Assembly: GCA_949294185.1 (NCBI GenBank)
Contig: CASFGA010000009.1
Coordinates: forward strand, 61,968-125,967
Direction: 5' to 3'
DNA length: 64,000 nucleotides
DNA from: an uncultured Bacteroides sp.
GTDB lineage: Bacteria; Bacteroidota; Bacteroidia; Bacteroidales; Bacteroidaceae
Shown: piece after piece, positions 1 to 9,479 of the stretch
Layout of the letters: the number at the start of each line of letters is the position of its first letter
Position numbering within the stretch: position 1 is the stretch's first letter
Notes under the pieces: generated by a model
What the model was told of the DNA's origin: nothing
Databases searched by the model: none
The model's input: the letters and a program-made list of their open reading frames with translations, nothing else
Program-made: the position numbers and the translations under genes

Positions 1-1
1 C

Positions 2-400
2 AATCTGCTGGGAAAGCGAGAGCCGTCCATCTACGGAGCAGAGTCTTTCGACGATTATCTGAATAATCTGAAAGCCCGATACCCCGAGATAACGTTCGGC
101 TACTACCAGTCAAACATAGAGGGAGAAATAATCAACAAGATACACGAAACCGGATTCTCGTCCGACGGGATTATCCTGAATGCAGGAGCCTATACCCATA
201 CATCCATTGCCATACAGGATGCGATACGGGCTGTCACCGCCCCGGTCATCGAAGTACATATCTCTAATGTGCACAAGCGGGAAGAGTTCCGCCATAAATC
301 AATGATTTCGTGTGCGTGTATAGGAGTAATCTGCGGTTTCGGTCTTGATTCCTACCGGTTGGGAGTGGAAGCCCTCATACAAACAAACAACAAACATTAA
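2..400 (+). CDS. aroQ: Type II 3-dehydroquinate dehydratase, 5'-truncated by the window edge
   Basis: Not in the ORF track. Manual translation of frame +2 gives NLLGKREPSIYG...IILNAGAYTHTS...IEVHISNVHKREEFRH, the DHQase II signatures, with TAA at 398-400. Confidence 0.95.
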   Translation, partial: NLLGKREPSIYGAESFDDYLNNLKARYPEITFGYYQSNIEGEIINKIHETGFSSDGIILNAGAYTHTSIAIQDAIRAVTAPVIEVHISNVHKREEFRHKSMISCACIGVICGFGLDSYRLGVEALIQTNNKH

Positions 401-406
401 ATATAT

Positions 407-1867
407 ATGATGCTCAAACAAACAAAAATCGTTGCGTCCATCTCGGATTTACGCTGCGATGTAGACTTTATCAGAGAACTATTCGAAGCAGGAATGAATG
501 TAGTGCGCATGAACACCGCTCACGCCAGCCGCGAGGGCTTTGAAAAACTGATCGGCAACGTGCGTGAAGTTTCTAATCGCATAGCCATCCTGATGGATAC
601 CAAGGGGCCGGAGGTACGCACTACCGCCAGCGCGGAAGGCCCGATAGACTTCAAGACGGGCGAAAAGGTTCGTATCGTCGGTAATCCCAATCAGGAAACA
701 ACACATGAGTGCATCGCTGTCACATACCCGGAGTTTGTCCGCGACTTGTCTGTCGGAGTCAACGTTTTGATTGACGATGGCGAACTGGGGATGAAGGTAA
801 TCGAAAAGAATGACGAATATTTAATCTGCGAAGTGTGCAACGACGCGACATTAGGCAGCCGCAAAAGCGTGAATGTTCCCGGTGTACGCATCAATCTCCC
901 GTCTCTGACGGAAAAAGACCGCAACAATATCCTCTATGCCATCGAGAAAGACATCGATTTCATCGCACACTCTTTCGTCCGCAACCGTCAAGATGTATTG
1001 GATATCCGTGAAATCCTGACATCCCACAACAGTGATATCAAAATTATCGCAAAAATTGAAAATCAGGAAGGAGTTGACAATATCGATGAGATATTGGAAG
1101 AAGCAGACGGCATCATGGTCGCACGCGGAGATTTAGGCATTGAAGTTCCGCAAGAACGCATCCCAGGCATCCAGCGGCTATTGATAAAAAAATGTATTCT
1201 GGCCAAAAAGCCGGTTATCGTTGCCACTCAAATGCTGCATACAATGATCAATAATCCGCGTCCCACCCGTGCAGAAGTTACAGACATCGCCAACGCAATC
1301 TATTATCGTACAGACGCACTTATGCTGAGCGGGGAAACAGCCTACGGGAAATATCCGGTGGAAGCGGTAAAGACCATGACAAAAGTTGCGGCACAAGCGG
1401 AAAAAGACAAGATGGAAGAGAACGATATTCCCATTCCCTTGACTCCCAAAAACACGAATGTAACCAGTTTCCTGGCCAAACAAGCCGTCCAAGCCACTAC
1501 GCTGATGCCTATCCGCGCCATTATAACAGACAGTTTCAGCGGACTGACAGCACGCAATCTGGCTGCTTTCCGAGGGAAATATCCTGTCTTGGCCATTTGC
1601 TACAAAGAAAAGACTATGCGCCATCTGGCCCTTTCCTACGGAGTGGAAGCAATTTACATGCCGGAAAAAGCCAACGGACAAGAGTATTATTTCACGGCTT
1701 TGCGCAAGCTGATAAACGATGGGGTACTGAATGAAAACGACATGGTAGCTTATCTGAGCGGCGGAAAGAAAGGGACACAGACCTCATTCCTTGAAATCAA
1801 CCAGGTGGGTGATGTGCTCCAAAATGAAAATGATTATGTATTACCCAACCGTAACCGCTATCTGTAA
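407..1867 (+). CDS. pyk: Pyruvate kinase
   Basis: MVARGDLG, ATQML and MLSGETA motifs; 486 aa. Confidence 0.97.
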   Translation: MMLKQTKIVASISDLRCDVDFIRELFEAGMNVVRMNTAHASREGFEKLIGNVREVSNRIAILMDTKGPEVRTTASAEGPIDFKTGEKVRIVGNPNQETTHECIAVTYPEFVRDLSVGVNVLIDDGELGMKVIEKNDEYLICEVCNDATLGSRKSVNVPGVRINLPSLTEKDRNNILYAIEKDIDFIAHSFVRNRQDVLDIREILTSHNSDIKIIAKIENQEGVDNIDEILEEADGIMVARGDLGIEVPQERIPGIQRLLIKKCILAKKPVIVATQMLHTMINNPRPTRAEVTDIANAIYYRTDALMLSGETAYGKYPVEAVKTMTKVAAQAEKDKMEENDIPIPLTPKNTNVTSFLAKQAVQATTLMPIRAIITDSFSGLTARNLAAFRGKYPVLAICYKEKTMRHLALSYGVEAIYMPEKANGQEYYFTALRKLINDGVLNENDMVAYLSGGKKGTQTSFLEINQVGDVLQNENDYVLPNRNRYL

Positions 1868-2505
1868 TGAAAGAAACGGATGCATTGGATGAATATATAC
1901 TCCAACATATAGACGAAGAAGACGATTATCTGAAAGCTTTATATCGGGCAACGCATGTCAAACTATTGCGTCCCCGCATGGCTTCAGGGCATCTTCAAGG
2001 ACGTATGCTTAAGATGTTTGTGCAGATGATACGCCCCAAACAGGTGCTTGAGATAGGGACATACAGCGGTTATTCCGCGCTCTGCCTGGCGGAAGGACTG
2101 GGTGAAGGGGCTGTCTTGCATACATTCGAAATCAATGATGAACAAGAGGATTTCACCCGTCCATGGTTGGAGAATTCGCCGTATGCATCCAAGATAAAAT
2201 TTTATATCGGCGATGCCTTGAAGCTTGTCCCGCCAATGGACATCCGGTTTGACCTGGCATTCATCGACGGGAACAAGCGTTTTTACGTGGAATATTATGA
2301 GATGATTCTAAGCAAGATGGATTCAGGAGCCTATATCATCGCCGACAACACATTATGGGACGGGCATGTGCTTGAAGAACCGAACCATACGGATACGCAG
2401 ACGATTGGTATAAAAAAATTCAATGACCGGGTAGCGGCCGACAAACGTGTAGAGAAAGTCATCCTTCCCTTACGTGACGGACTAACCATCATACGAAAAA
2501 AATGA
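1867..2505 (+). CDS. O-methyltransferase (CCoAOMT/COMT-like, Methyltransf_3)
   Basis: LEIGTYSGYS, FID-x-x-K and DNTLW motifs; start overlaps the pyk stop (TAATG). Confidence 0.9.
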   Translation: MKETDALDEYILQHIDEEDDYLKALYRATHVKLLRPRMASGHLQGRMLKMFVQMIRPKQVLEIGTYSGYSALCLAEGLGEGAVLHTFEINDEQEDFTRPWLENSPYASKIKFYIGDALKLVPPMDIRFDLAFIDGNKRFYVEYYEMILSKMDSGAYIIADNTLWDGHVLEEPNHTDTQTIGIKKFNDRVAADKRVEKVILPLRDGLTIIRKK

Positions 2506-2515
2506 AATAAAGATT

Positions 2516-2851
2516 ATGGAAACAACCAGACAGAATAAGATTTCCCGACTCATCCAAAAGGAACTGAGCGAAATCTTCTTATTGCAGACCAAAAGGATGC
2601 CGGGCATACTGGTATCGGTAAGTGTAGTGCGCATCAGCCCCGACTTAAGTTATGCCAAGGCTTATCTAAGTGTATTCCCCTCAGAGCGTGGTGAAGAAAT
2701 CGTAAAAAACATCAATGACAACATGAAAGCCATACGTTTCGAGCTGGGGAAACGCCTGCGATTCCAACTGCGAATCATTCCTGAACTAAGATTTTTCGTG
2801 GACGATTCACTGGATTATGCCGCCCATATCGACGAACTCCTAAAGAAATGA
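2516..2851 (+). CDS. rbfA: Ribosome-binding factor A
   Basis: VRISPDL and IPELRFFVDDSLDYA motifs; 111 aa. Confidence 0.95.
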   Translation: METTRQNKISRLIQKELSEIFLLQTKRMPGILVSVSVVRISPDLSYAKAYLSVFPSERGEEIVKNINDNMKAIRFELGKRLRFQLRIIPELRFFVDDSLDYAAHIDELLKK

Positions 2852-2892
2852 CCGACGGCCAAAGCTCAAACCGCTAACAGATAAAGAGGCGT

Positions 2893-4116
2893 ATGAATTT
2901 TCCATTCTACATAGCCAAGAGATACCTCTTTTCCAAGAAATCTCACAATGCAGTCAATATTATTTCAAGCATATCGGTCTGCGGAGTTGCTTTGGCAACA
3001 TTGGCGATGGTATGTACGCTCTCTGTCTTCAATGGCTTTCAGGATTTGGTTTCCACTTTCTTCACGGCTTTCGACCCAGAACTGAAAATCACTCCCGTGT
3101 CCGGAAAAGTATTCGACGGACAAGATGAAAAGATACTTGCCATCCGCCAAATGCCGGAAATAGCCGTCTGCTCCGAATCGTTGGAAGATAACGCCATGGT
3201 GCAATATCAAGGGCGGCAGGCAATGGCTGTCATAAAGGGAGTAGAGGATAACTTTGACCAACTGAGCCCGATAGACAGCATTCTCTTCGGAAAAGGGGAG
3301 CTACTGCTGCACGATGAAGTGGCAGAATATGCCATTCCCGGCATCCAGCTGCTCTCCATCTTGGGCACAGGGATACGATTCTTAGACCCTTTGGAGATTT
3401 ATGCCCCGAAACGCGGCGCGAAAGTCAATGTGGCCAATCCATCCGCCTCCTTCATTTCCGGCCAACTGTTCTCTTCCGGCCTGGTTTTTGCCGTCAACCA
3501 AGAGAAATATGATGCTTCATACATCCTGACTTCCCTGAGTTTTGCCCGAAAACTGTTTCAGTATGACACGGAAATAAGCGCATTAAACCTAAAGTTGAAG
3601 CCCGGAACGGATACCGAATCCGTGAAACGAAAGTTAGAAGAACATTTGGGAAACCAATTCCGCGTTCAGAACCGCTACGAACAACAGGCCGACACATTCC
3701 GCATCATGCAGATAGAAAAACTTATCTCCTACCTTTTCCTGACATTCATCCTGCTGATAGCCAGCTTCAATGTAATCGGCTCGCTGTCCATGCTCATCAT
3801 CGACAAGCGCGACGATGTGAAAGCCTTGCGCAATCTCGGAGCAAGCGACAGGCTCATCACGCACATCTTCATGATGGAAGGCTATATGATTTCGCTGACA
3901 GGAGCCGTTTCCGGCATTATACTGGGGCTGACGCTCTGCCTGCTTCAGCAACATTTCGGTTTGCTCTCGTTAGGCAGTTCGGGAAGCTTTATCGTAGACG
4001 CGTATCCGGTTAGCGTACATATAGGGGATGTCACACTAATCTTTTTTACAGTGCTTGCCATCGGTTTCGTGTCGGTATGGTATCCGGTACGCTTCCTAAG
4101 CAAACGCTTGTTATAA
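2893..4116 (+). CDS. LolC/LolE-like (FtsX/MacB family) ABC permease
   Basis: Begins FYIAKRYLFSKKS, has TM1, a large periplasmic domain and three C-terminal TMs; follows rbfA as is usual in Bacteroidetes. Confidence 0.85.
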   Translation: MNFPFYIAKRYLFSKKSHNAVNIISSISVCGVALATLAMVCTLSVFNGFQDLVSTFFTAFDPELKITPVSGKVFDGQDEKILAIRQMPEIAVCSESLEDNAMVQYQGRQAMAVIKGVEDNFDQLSPIDSILFGKGELLLHDEVAEYAIPGIQLLSILGTGIRFLDPLEIYAPKRGAKVNVANPSASFISGQLFSSGLVFAVNQEKYDASYILTSLSFARKLFQYDTEISALNLKLKPGTDTESVKRKLEEHLGNQFRVQNRYEQQADTFRIMQIEKLISYLFLTFILLIASFNVIGSLSMLIIDKRDDVKALRNLGASDRLITHIFMMEGYMISLTGAVSGIILGLTLCLLQQHFGLLSLGSSGSFIVDAYPVSVHIGDVTLIFFTVLAIGFVSVWYPVRFLSKRLL

Positions 4117-4170
4117 CCTTTGCCTTTCGCGCAGATATATCCGTTGAAAGCTAACTTAAAAGTTCAAGAT

Positions 4171-4698
4171 ATGAATGCAGCAATAGAAAACATGAAGACA
4201 CGCCGCAGCATCCGCAGCTACAAGCCTGACGAAATGCCTGCGCAAGAGTTACTCGAACAGATTATTGAAGCCGGAACGTATGCTCCCACCGGCAAGGGAA
4301 TGCAGTCTCCCATCATCGTCGCCGTCACCAACAAGCCTCTCCGCGACCGTTTGTCCCGACTCAACGCCGAAGTGTTAGGCACCGCATCCGACCCTTTCTA
4401 TGGAGCGCCCGTGGTTCTCATCGTATTGGCAGACCGCAGCCGCCCCACTTATCTGTACGACGGCTCGCTCGTAATGGGCAATCTGATGAATGCAGCCCAT
4501 GCCTTGGGACTGGGAAGCTGTTGGATTCACCGTGCCAAAGAGGTGTTCAGTTCGCCTGAAGGGAAAAATCTGCTCAAGGAATGGGGTATCGAAGGTGACT
4601 ATGAAGGCATCGGACACTGCGTGCTGGGCTATCCGTCCACCGAAGAAGCTCCGCAAGCCAAGCCGCGCAAACAGGATTATGTGGTTTGGGTGAAATAA
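4171..4698 (+). CDS. Nitroreductase family protein
   Basis: RRSIRSY, APTG and ALGLGSCWI motifs; ATG at 4171 chosen over the TTG at 4120. Confidence 0.9.
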   Translation: MNAAIENMKTRRSIRSYKPDEMPAQELLEQIIEAGTYAPTGKGMQSPIIVAVTNKPLRDRLSRLNAEVLGTASDPFYGAPVVLIVLADRSRPTYLYDGSLVMGNLMNAAHALGLGSCWIHRAKEVFSSPEGKNLLKEWGIEGDYEGIGHCVLGYPSTEEAPQAKPRKQDYVVWVK

Positions 4699-4704
4699 AA
4701 AGAA

Positions 4705-4750
4705 AGCATATAGTGCAGGGATGTATGCGGATGTCCTTGCGCTATATGCT
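4705..4750. terminator. Hairpin between convergent genes
   Basis: AGCATATAGTGCAGGG ... CCTTGCGCTATATGCT inverted repeat. Confidence 0.6.
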
Positions 4751-4857
4751 GCCTGCCCGATAGTCTTTCTTTGAAAACTTTACGCATCCCGTATCAAAAA
4801 AACTTTTTTACAAGCTCCCGAAGCGCGGACGGCCTTTCAAAAACAAAAGTCTGCCTA

Positions 4858-5763
4858 CTATTTGCAACGCTCGGGTTCCCAATCCTCCAGCGGAGACTTG
4901 CGCTGAGACGCGCCATATTCCGATTCAATCTTGTTACGCAAAGACCGCATCTCGCTTTGCAACCGGTCCACCTCCCTGCAAAACTGTTCATCCGACAGAT
5001 GCGTATAGCGCTCGGGGCGATAACGCATATCACGCAAATTATCTTCAGCCCGCATATAAGCACGGTTCGCCGTCCGATAAGCAGCCAGAAACTTCCGATC
5101 CTGCAAATTTTTGCTTTTGGCATCTTCCTTTTCTTCCGCCTCCCCGGAAGTATCAGCTACAGAGTCCGAGCCTGTAGAAACAGCATCGAATGACTGTTCA
5201 TCCACATTAAGTGAACTGTTTTCTTTTATCGAATTTGCCGTTTCCATCAGCGATTGGCCTACTTTCATCATGTCGGCCGCAACAAGATCCCACCGGCTCG
5301 GCTCCTCATTCTCCTGTTCAACAAGCGAACGCAAATATTCAGCCATCGGCTTGGCCTCTTCATCGCCCTGTTCTATCCGTTTTTCCGTCCAATAGAGAGC
5401 GGCACTGTTCGATTGCGGCACGCCCTTCCCGCTAAAATAAGCAGCCGCCAGCATGGTCTGGCCTAACAGATTCCCGCCACAGGCAGAAGCAGCATACCAC
5501 CGGGCCGCCTCCACATCATCGGCCGGCACCCCATATCCTTGCGAATAAAAGAGACCGACCATAGCCTGCGCTTCATGATTGCCGTCTTGAGCTATCGGCA
5601 AAAGGAGTTTCAAAGCGGTTTCATAATCTTTCTTATTGAACGCATCATAGACCGCCTCCATCGAATTCGTTTCCTGCGCCTGGATAAGGTCTGGAGACAC
5701 GCCTCCCCATGCCATTATCACAAACAGCAGACGAGCCAGACATTTAGACAAAGTCGTTTTCAT
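4858..5763 (-). CDS. Secreted SEL1-like repeat protein with an unassigned C-terminal helical domain
   Basis: N-terminal signal-like segment; SEL1 repeats (AQAMVGLFYSQGYGVPADDVEAARWY; GQTMLAAAYFSGKGVPQSNSAALYW); acidic linker; promoter box CAAAGATA at 5804-5811. Confidence 0.75.
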   Translation of the reverse strand: MKTTLSKCLARLLFVIMAWGGVSPDLIQAQETNSMEAVYDAFNKKDYETALKLLLPIAQDGNHEAQAMVGLFYSQGYGVPADDVEAARWYAASACGGNLLGQTMLAAAYFSGKGVPQSNSAALYWTEKRIEQGDEEAKPMAEYLRSLVEQENEEPSRWDLVAADMMKVGQSLMETANSIKENSSLNVDEQSFDAVSTGSDSVADTSGEAEEKEDAKSKNLQDRKFLAAYRTANRAYMRAEDNLRDMRYRPERYTHLSDEQFCREVDRLQSEMRSLRNKIESEYGASQRKSPLEDWEPERCK

Positions 5764-5901
5764 AATTGCAGCAAGATTAAAGACACAGTTGTTTTCCTTT
5801 TCACAAAGATAAGAAATAAATTATTCAAGAATTACAATTTCTACATTTATTCGCCAAAACAATGAAAGGGAAAGGATAAGAAAAGTATTATGCCTGACAA
5901 T

Positions 5902-5946
5902 AAAAAAGGAGATGCCCTGAAAACAATACTTTCAGGGCATCTCTTT
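5902..5946 (-). terminator. Intrinsic terminator after tRNA-Gln
   Basis: GAGATGCCCTGAAA/TTTCAGGGCATCTC stem followed by a U run on the minus strand. Confidence 0.8.
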
Positions 5947-5956
5947 CACAATACGG

Positions 5957-6027
5957 TTGGACTACCTGGATTCGAACCAAGACAAACAGAACCAAAACCT
6001 GTTGTGCTGCCATTACACCATAGTCCA
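5957..6027 (-). tRNA. tRNA-Gln(TTG)
   Basis: Reverse complement TGGACTATGGTGTAATGGCAGCACAACAGGTTTTGGTTCTGTTTGTCTTGGTTCGAATCCAGGTAGTCCAA: TGGACTA/TAGTCCA acceptor stem, TTG anticodon loop, GTTCGAATC T-loop; CCA not encoded. Confidence 0.95.
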
Positions 6028-6056
6028 AACTTTTGCGTTTTCCTCAGAAAACGGTG

Positions 6057-6064
6057 CAAAGATA
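6057..6064 (-). promoter_or_regulatory. Bacteroidetes -7 box for the tRNA
   Basis: TATCTTTG on the minus strand, matching TAnnTTTG. Confidence 0.7.
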
Positions 6065-6127
6065 AGCCTTTTAGACTATATATTCCAAATAATTTTTCAG
6101 TTTTTTTCATGTTGTCCGCATAATCCT

Positions 6128-6135
6128 TACCTTTG
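6128..6135 (+). promoter_or_regulatory. Bacteroidetes -7 box for the tricorn-like protease gene
   Basis: TACCTTTG, 26 nt before the ATG. Confidence 0.7.
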
Positions 6136-6161
6136 CGAAAAACAAAAAACAAAGTTCTTTT

Positions 6162-9100
6162 ATGAAAAAATTCTTATTAAGCATAGCCTTGGGAGCTGTC
6201 GCCGCAAATGCAGCAGCAGCCATCACACCCATGTGGCTGCGTGACGTACGCATATCTCCCGACGGAAAGGAAATCGCATTCTGCTACAAAGGGGATATCT
6301 ATAAGGTTCCGGCATCGGGAGGAGAGGCCATCCGGCTTACCACACAGGATTCGTATGAATCTTCACCCGTATGGTCGCCCGACGGACAGGAGATAGCCTT
6401 TGCCAGTGACCGGTACGGAAATTTCGACATCTTCATCATGTCGGCAGACGGAGGGAATGCACGCAGACTGACAACACATTCCACCGCAGAGATTCCTTCG
6501 GCATTCACGCCCGACGGAAAGGCTGTCGTGTTTTCGGCTACCATACAAGACCCCGCTGCAAGCGTACTTTTCCCCAGATCGGTACTGACAGAACTTTATA
6601 AAGTCCCGACAACCGGTGGGAGAACCGAACAGATGCTGGGAACTCCGGCGGAATATGTCTGTTTCAACGGTTCTGGGAACAAGTTCCTCTATCAAGACCG
6701 CAAGGGACTGGAAGACGAATGGCGCAAGCACCATACATCCTCCGTTACCCGCGATATCTGGCTGTACGATACAAAGAGCGGAAAGCATACGAACCTGACC
6801 AACCGGGCAGGCGAAGACCGCAATGCCGTCTGGTCGGCCGATGAAAAAGAAGTCTATCTGCTGAGCGAACGAAACGGAGGCTCGATGAATGTATATGCTT
6901 TCCCGATAGAAAATCCGCAGGAGATACGCTCAATAACTTCTTTTGATACGCATCCCGTCCGTTTTTTGTCTATAGCAAACGAAACGCTATGCTATACATA
7001 CGACGGCGAAATCTATATCCAGCCCACCGGAGGAAAGCCGCAAAAGGTAGCCATTACCCTGACACGCGACGACGAATCCATGCCCGAACCGCTCAGCTTC
7101 ACACGCGGAGCAAGCGAAGCTACTGTCTCCCCCGACGGAAAACAGGTGGCATTCACCGTTCGCGGCGAAGTTTTTGTCACTTCAACGGAATATGGCACGA
7201 CCAAGCAGGTCACTCACACGCCCGAAGCGGAGGAAGGACTGTCTTTCGGAGCAGACAACCGTTCGCTGGTTTATGCAAGTGAGCGAAACGGCAACTGGAA
7301 TCTGTACACCGCCAAGATTGTCCGCAAGGATGATGCCAATTTCCCCAACGCTACACTGATTGAAGAAGAAGCCTTGCTGCCCGACAACAGAACGGAACGT
7401 CAGCAACCTCAGTTCTCTCCCGACGGAAAAGAAATAGCATTCATAGAAGACCGCACCCGTCTGATGGTAATAAACCTCGCCACCAAAAAGGTTCGCCAGA
7501 TTACAGACGGGTCGGAATGGTATGAAACAACGGGCAGCTTCGACTACATGTGGTCGCCAGACGGCAAATGGTTTACGCTAACCCTCATCGGCAACCGTCA
7601 CGACCCATATACCGACATAGCCTTAGTCAAGGCCGACGGGAAAAGCCGTCCTGTCAACCTGACCAACAGCGGCTATACCAGCGGGGCTCCACGGTGGGTG
7701 ATGGATGGGAACGCCATTCTTTTCACTACCGAACGATATGGAATGCGCAGTCATGCTTCCTGGGGGTCACTGGATGATGTCATGCTTGCATTTGTCAACA
7801 AAGATTCTTACGACAAGTTCCGGCTGAACAAAGAGGACTACGAACTCTTGAAAGAGTTGGAAAAAGAGCAGGAAAAGGCTGCTTCCGGAGAAAGTGACAA
7901 GGACAAAGACAATGAAAAGAAAGAAAAAGCGCCGAAAGACATTGTGGTAGAGCTCGATGGTATAGAAGACCGTATCGTCCGCCTGACTCCCAACTCATCG
8001 AGCATCGCATCGGCCCTCGTTTCTGCCGACGGGGAAAACCTGTATTATCTGGCCTCGTTCGAGGGAGGATTTGACATGTGGAAGATGGACTTGCGCAAAC
8101 ACGAGACCAAACTGCTGCACAAGATGGATGCCGGATGGGCAAACATGGAGACTGACAGGGAAGGGGAAAATATCTTCATTCTCGGCGGAAGCGGTATGCA
8201 GAAGATGGAAATCGCTTCTGAAGAACTGAAACCGGTCGCATACCGGGCAGAAATGAAAATGGACCTAGCGGCAGAACGGGCCTATATGTTCGAACATGTA
8301 TACAAACAGGAAAAGAAATGCTTCTATACAGAGTCTATGCACGGCGTGGACTGGGAAGCCATGACAGCTGCCTATCGCAAGTTTCTGCCGCATATCAACA
8401 ACAATTACGATTTCGCCGAACTGCTCAGCGAATGGTTGGGCGAACTGAATGTTTCCCATACCGGCGGACGGTATTACCCGGACGGAAAAGGAGAGACAAC
8501 GGCCAGTCTGGGATTACTTTTCGACTGGAACTACAGCGGAAACGGACTCTCCATCGACGAAGTCATTGAAAAAGGCCCGTTCGACCGCAAGAGCACAAAG
8601 GTAACCAAAGGCACCGTCATCGAAAAGATAGACGGAAAATCCATCGATGCCGATACAGACTACTTTGCCCTGCTGAACGGAAAGACGGGGAAAAAGACAT
8701 TGGTTTCCTTTTACAACCCCCAAACCAAGGAACATTGGGACGAGGTAATCAAACCGATAGGAAACGGAGAGCTCAACACCCTGCTTTACGAACGGTGGGT
8801 AAAGCAAAGAGCCGCCGATGTCAAGAGATGGTCGGACGGACGCTTGGGGTATGTACACATCGAGTCAATGGACGACGGCAGCTTCCGCACGGTCTATTCG
8901 GATATCCTCGGGAAATACAATGACTGTGAAGGCATCGTAATCGACACCCGCTTTAACGGAGGAGGCCGTTTGCACGAGGACATTGAAATCTTGTTCAGCG
9001 GCAAAAAATATCTTACGCAAGTAATCCGCGGCCGTTCTGCCTGCGACATGCCGAGCCGCCGATGGAACAAACCGTCCATCATGCTACAGTGCGAAGCCAA

Positions 9101-9395
9101 TTATTCAAATGCCCACGGCACACCATGGGTATACAAACACCGCGGCATCGGCAAGCTGGTGGGTGCTCCCGTACCGGGAACCATGACTACCGTCAGTTGG
9201 GAAACGCTGCAAGACCCTACGCTGATATTCGGAATTCCAGTAGTAGGCTATCAGCTTCCCGATGGAAGCTACCTGGAAAACAAGCAGTTGGAGCCGGACA
9301 TCCATGTGCTCAATTCGCCGGAGACGGTGGTGAAAGGTGAGGATACCCAGTTGAAAGCCGCAGTAGAAGAGCTGCTAAAAGAATTGGGACAGTAG
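6162..9395 (+). CDS. Tricorn-like S41 family protease (PD40 beta-propellers, PDZ, S41)
   Basis: Signal peptide, repeated SPDG/PD40 motifs, C-terminal GYVHIESM, IDTRFNGGG and PDI motifs; 1077 aa. Confidence 0.92.
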   Translation: MKKFLLSIALGAVAANAAAAITPMWLRDVRISPDGKEIAFCYKGDIYKVPASGGEAIRLTTQDSYESSPVWSPDGQEIAFASDRYGNFDIFIMSADGGNARRLTTHSTAEIPSAFTPDGKAVVFSATIQDPAASVLFPRSVLTELYKVPTTGGRTEQMLGTPAEYVCFNGSGNKFLYQDRKGLEDEWRKHHTSSVTRDIWLYDTKSGKHTNLTNRAGEDRNAVWSADEKEVYLLSERNGGSMNVYAFPIENPQEIRSITSFDTHPVRFLSIANETLCYTYDGEIYIQPTGGKPQKVAITLTRDDESMPEPLSFTRGASEATVSPDGKQVAFTVRGEVFVTSTEYGTTKQVTHTPEAEEGLSFGADNRSLVYASERNGNWNLYTAKIVRKDDANFPNATLIEEEALLPDNRTERQQPQFSPDGKEIAFIEDRTRLMVINLATKKVRQITDGSEWYETTGSFDYMWSPDGKWFTLTLIGNRHDPYTDIALVKADGKSRPVNLTNSGYTSGAPRWVMDGNAILFTTERYGMRSHASWGSLDDVMLAFVNKDSYDKFRLNKEDYELLKELEKEQEKAASGESDKDKDNEKKEKAPKDIVVELDGIEDRIVRLTPNSSSIASALVSADGENLYYLASFEGGFDMWKMDLRKHETKLLHKMDAGWANMETDREGENIFILGGSGMQKMEIASEELKPVAYRAEMKMDLAAERAYMFEHVYKQEKKCFYTESMHGVDWEAMTAAYRKFLPHINNNYDFAELLSEWLGELNVSHTGGRYYPDGKGETTASLGLLFDWNYSGNGLSIDEVIEKGPFDRKSTKVTKGTVIEKIDGKSIDADTDYFALLNGKTGKKTLVSFYNPQTKEHWDEVIKPIGNGELNTLLYERWVKQRAADVKRWSDGRLGYVHIESMDDGSFRTVYSDILGKYNDCEGIVIDTRFNGGGRLHEDIEILFSGKKYLTQVIRGRSACDMPSRRWNKPSIMLQCEANYSNAHGTPWVYKHRGIGKLVGAPVPGTMTTVSWETLQDPTLIFGIPVVGYQLPDGSYLENKQLEPDIHVLNSPETVVKGEDTQLKAAVEELLKELGQ

Positions 9396-9422
9396 CAAAC
9401 CCTTTTTTCACCCATAGCAAAA

Positions 9423-9463
9423 ATGAGGCGGGCCACCATGAAAAACACGGTAGCCCGCCTCAT
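9423..9463. terminator. Hairpin between convergent genes
   Basis: ATGAGGCGGGC ... GCCCGCCTCAT. Confidence 0.6.
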
Positions 9464-9479
9464 CTGTCATATCCCATCA

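Noticed and set aside
2260-2280. O-methyltransferase FIDGNK instead of the usual D-x-D-K
   Set aside because: The first Asp, the Lys and the DN metal ligands remain; one conservative change is too weak to call inactivation without an alignment.
4771-5193. Extra ORFs overlapping the SEL1 gene (4771-5193 +, 4794-5123 -)
   Set aside because: No recognisable motifs or promoter; they are shadows of the real gene.
5940-5985. Possible integrative element at the tRNA-Gln 3' end
   Set aside because: I found no duplicate of the tRNA 3' end and no integrase or mobile genes nearby.
9438-9449. 12-mer ATGAAAAACACG in the tricorn terminator loop is complementary to the 5' end of the candidate sRNA
   Set aside because: One AT-rich 12-mer match between a 65-nt RNA and 64 kb is plausible by chance.
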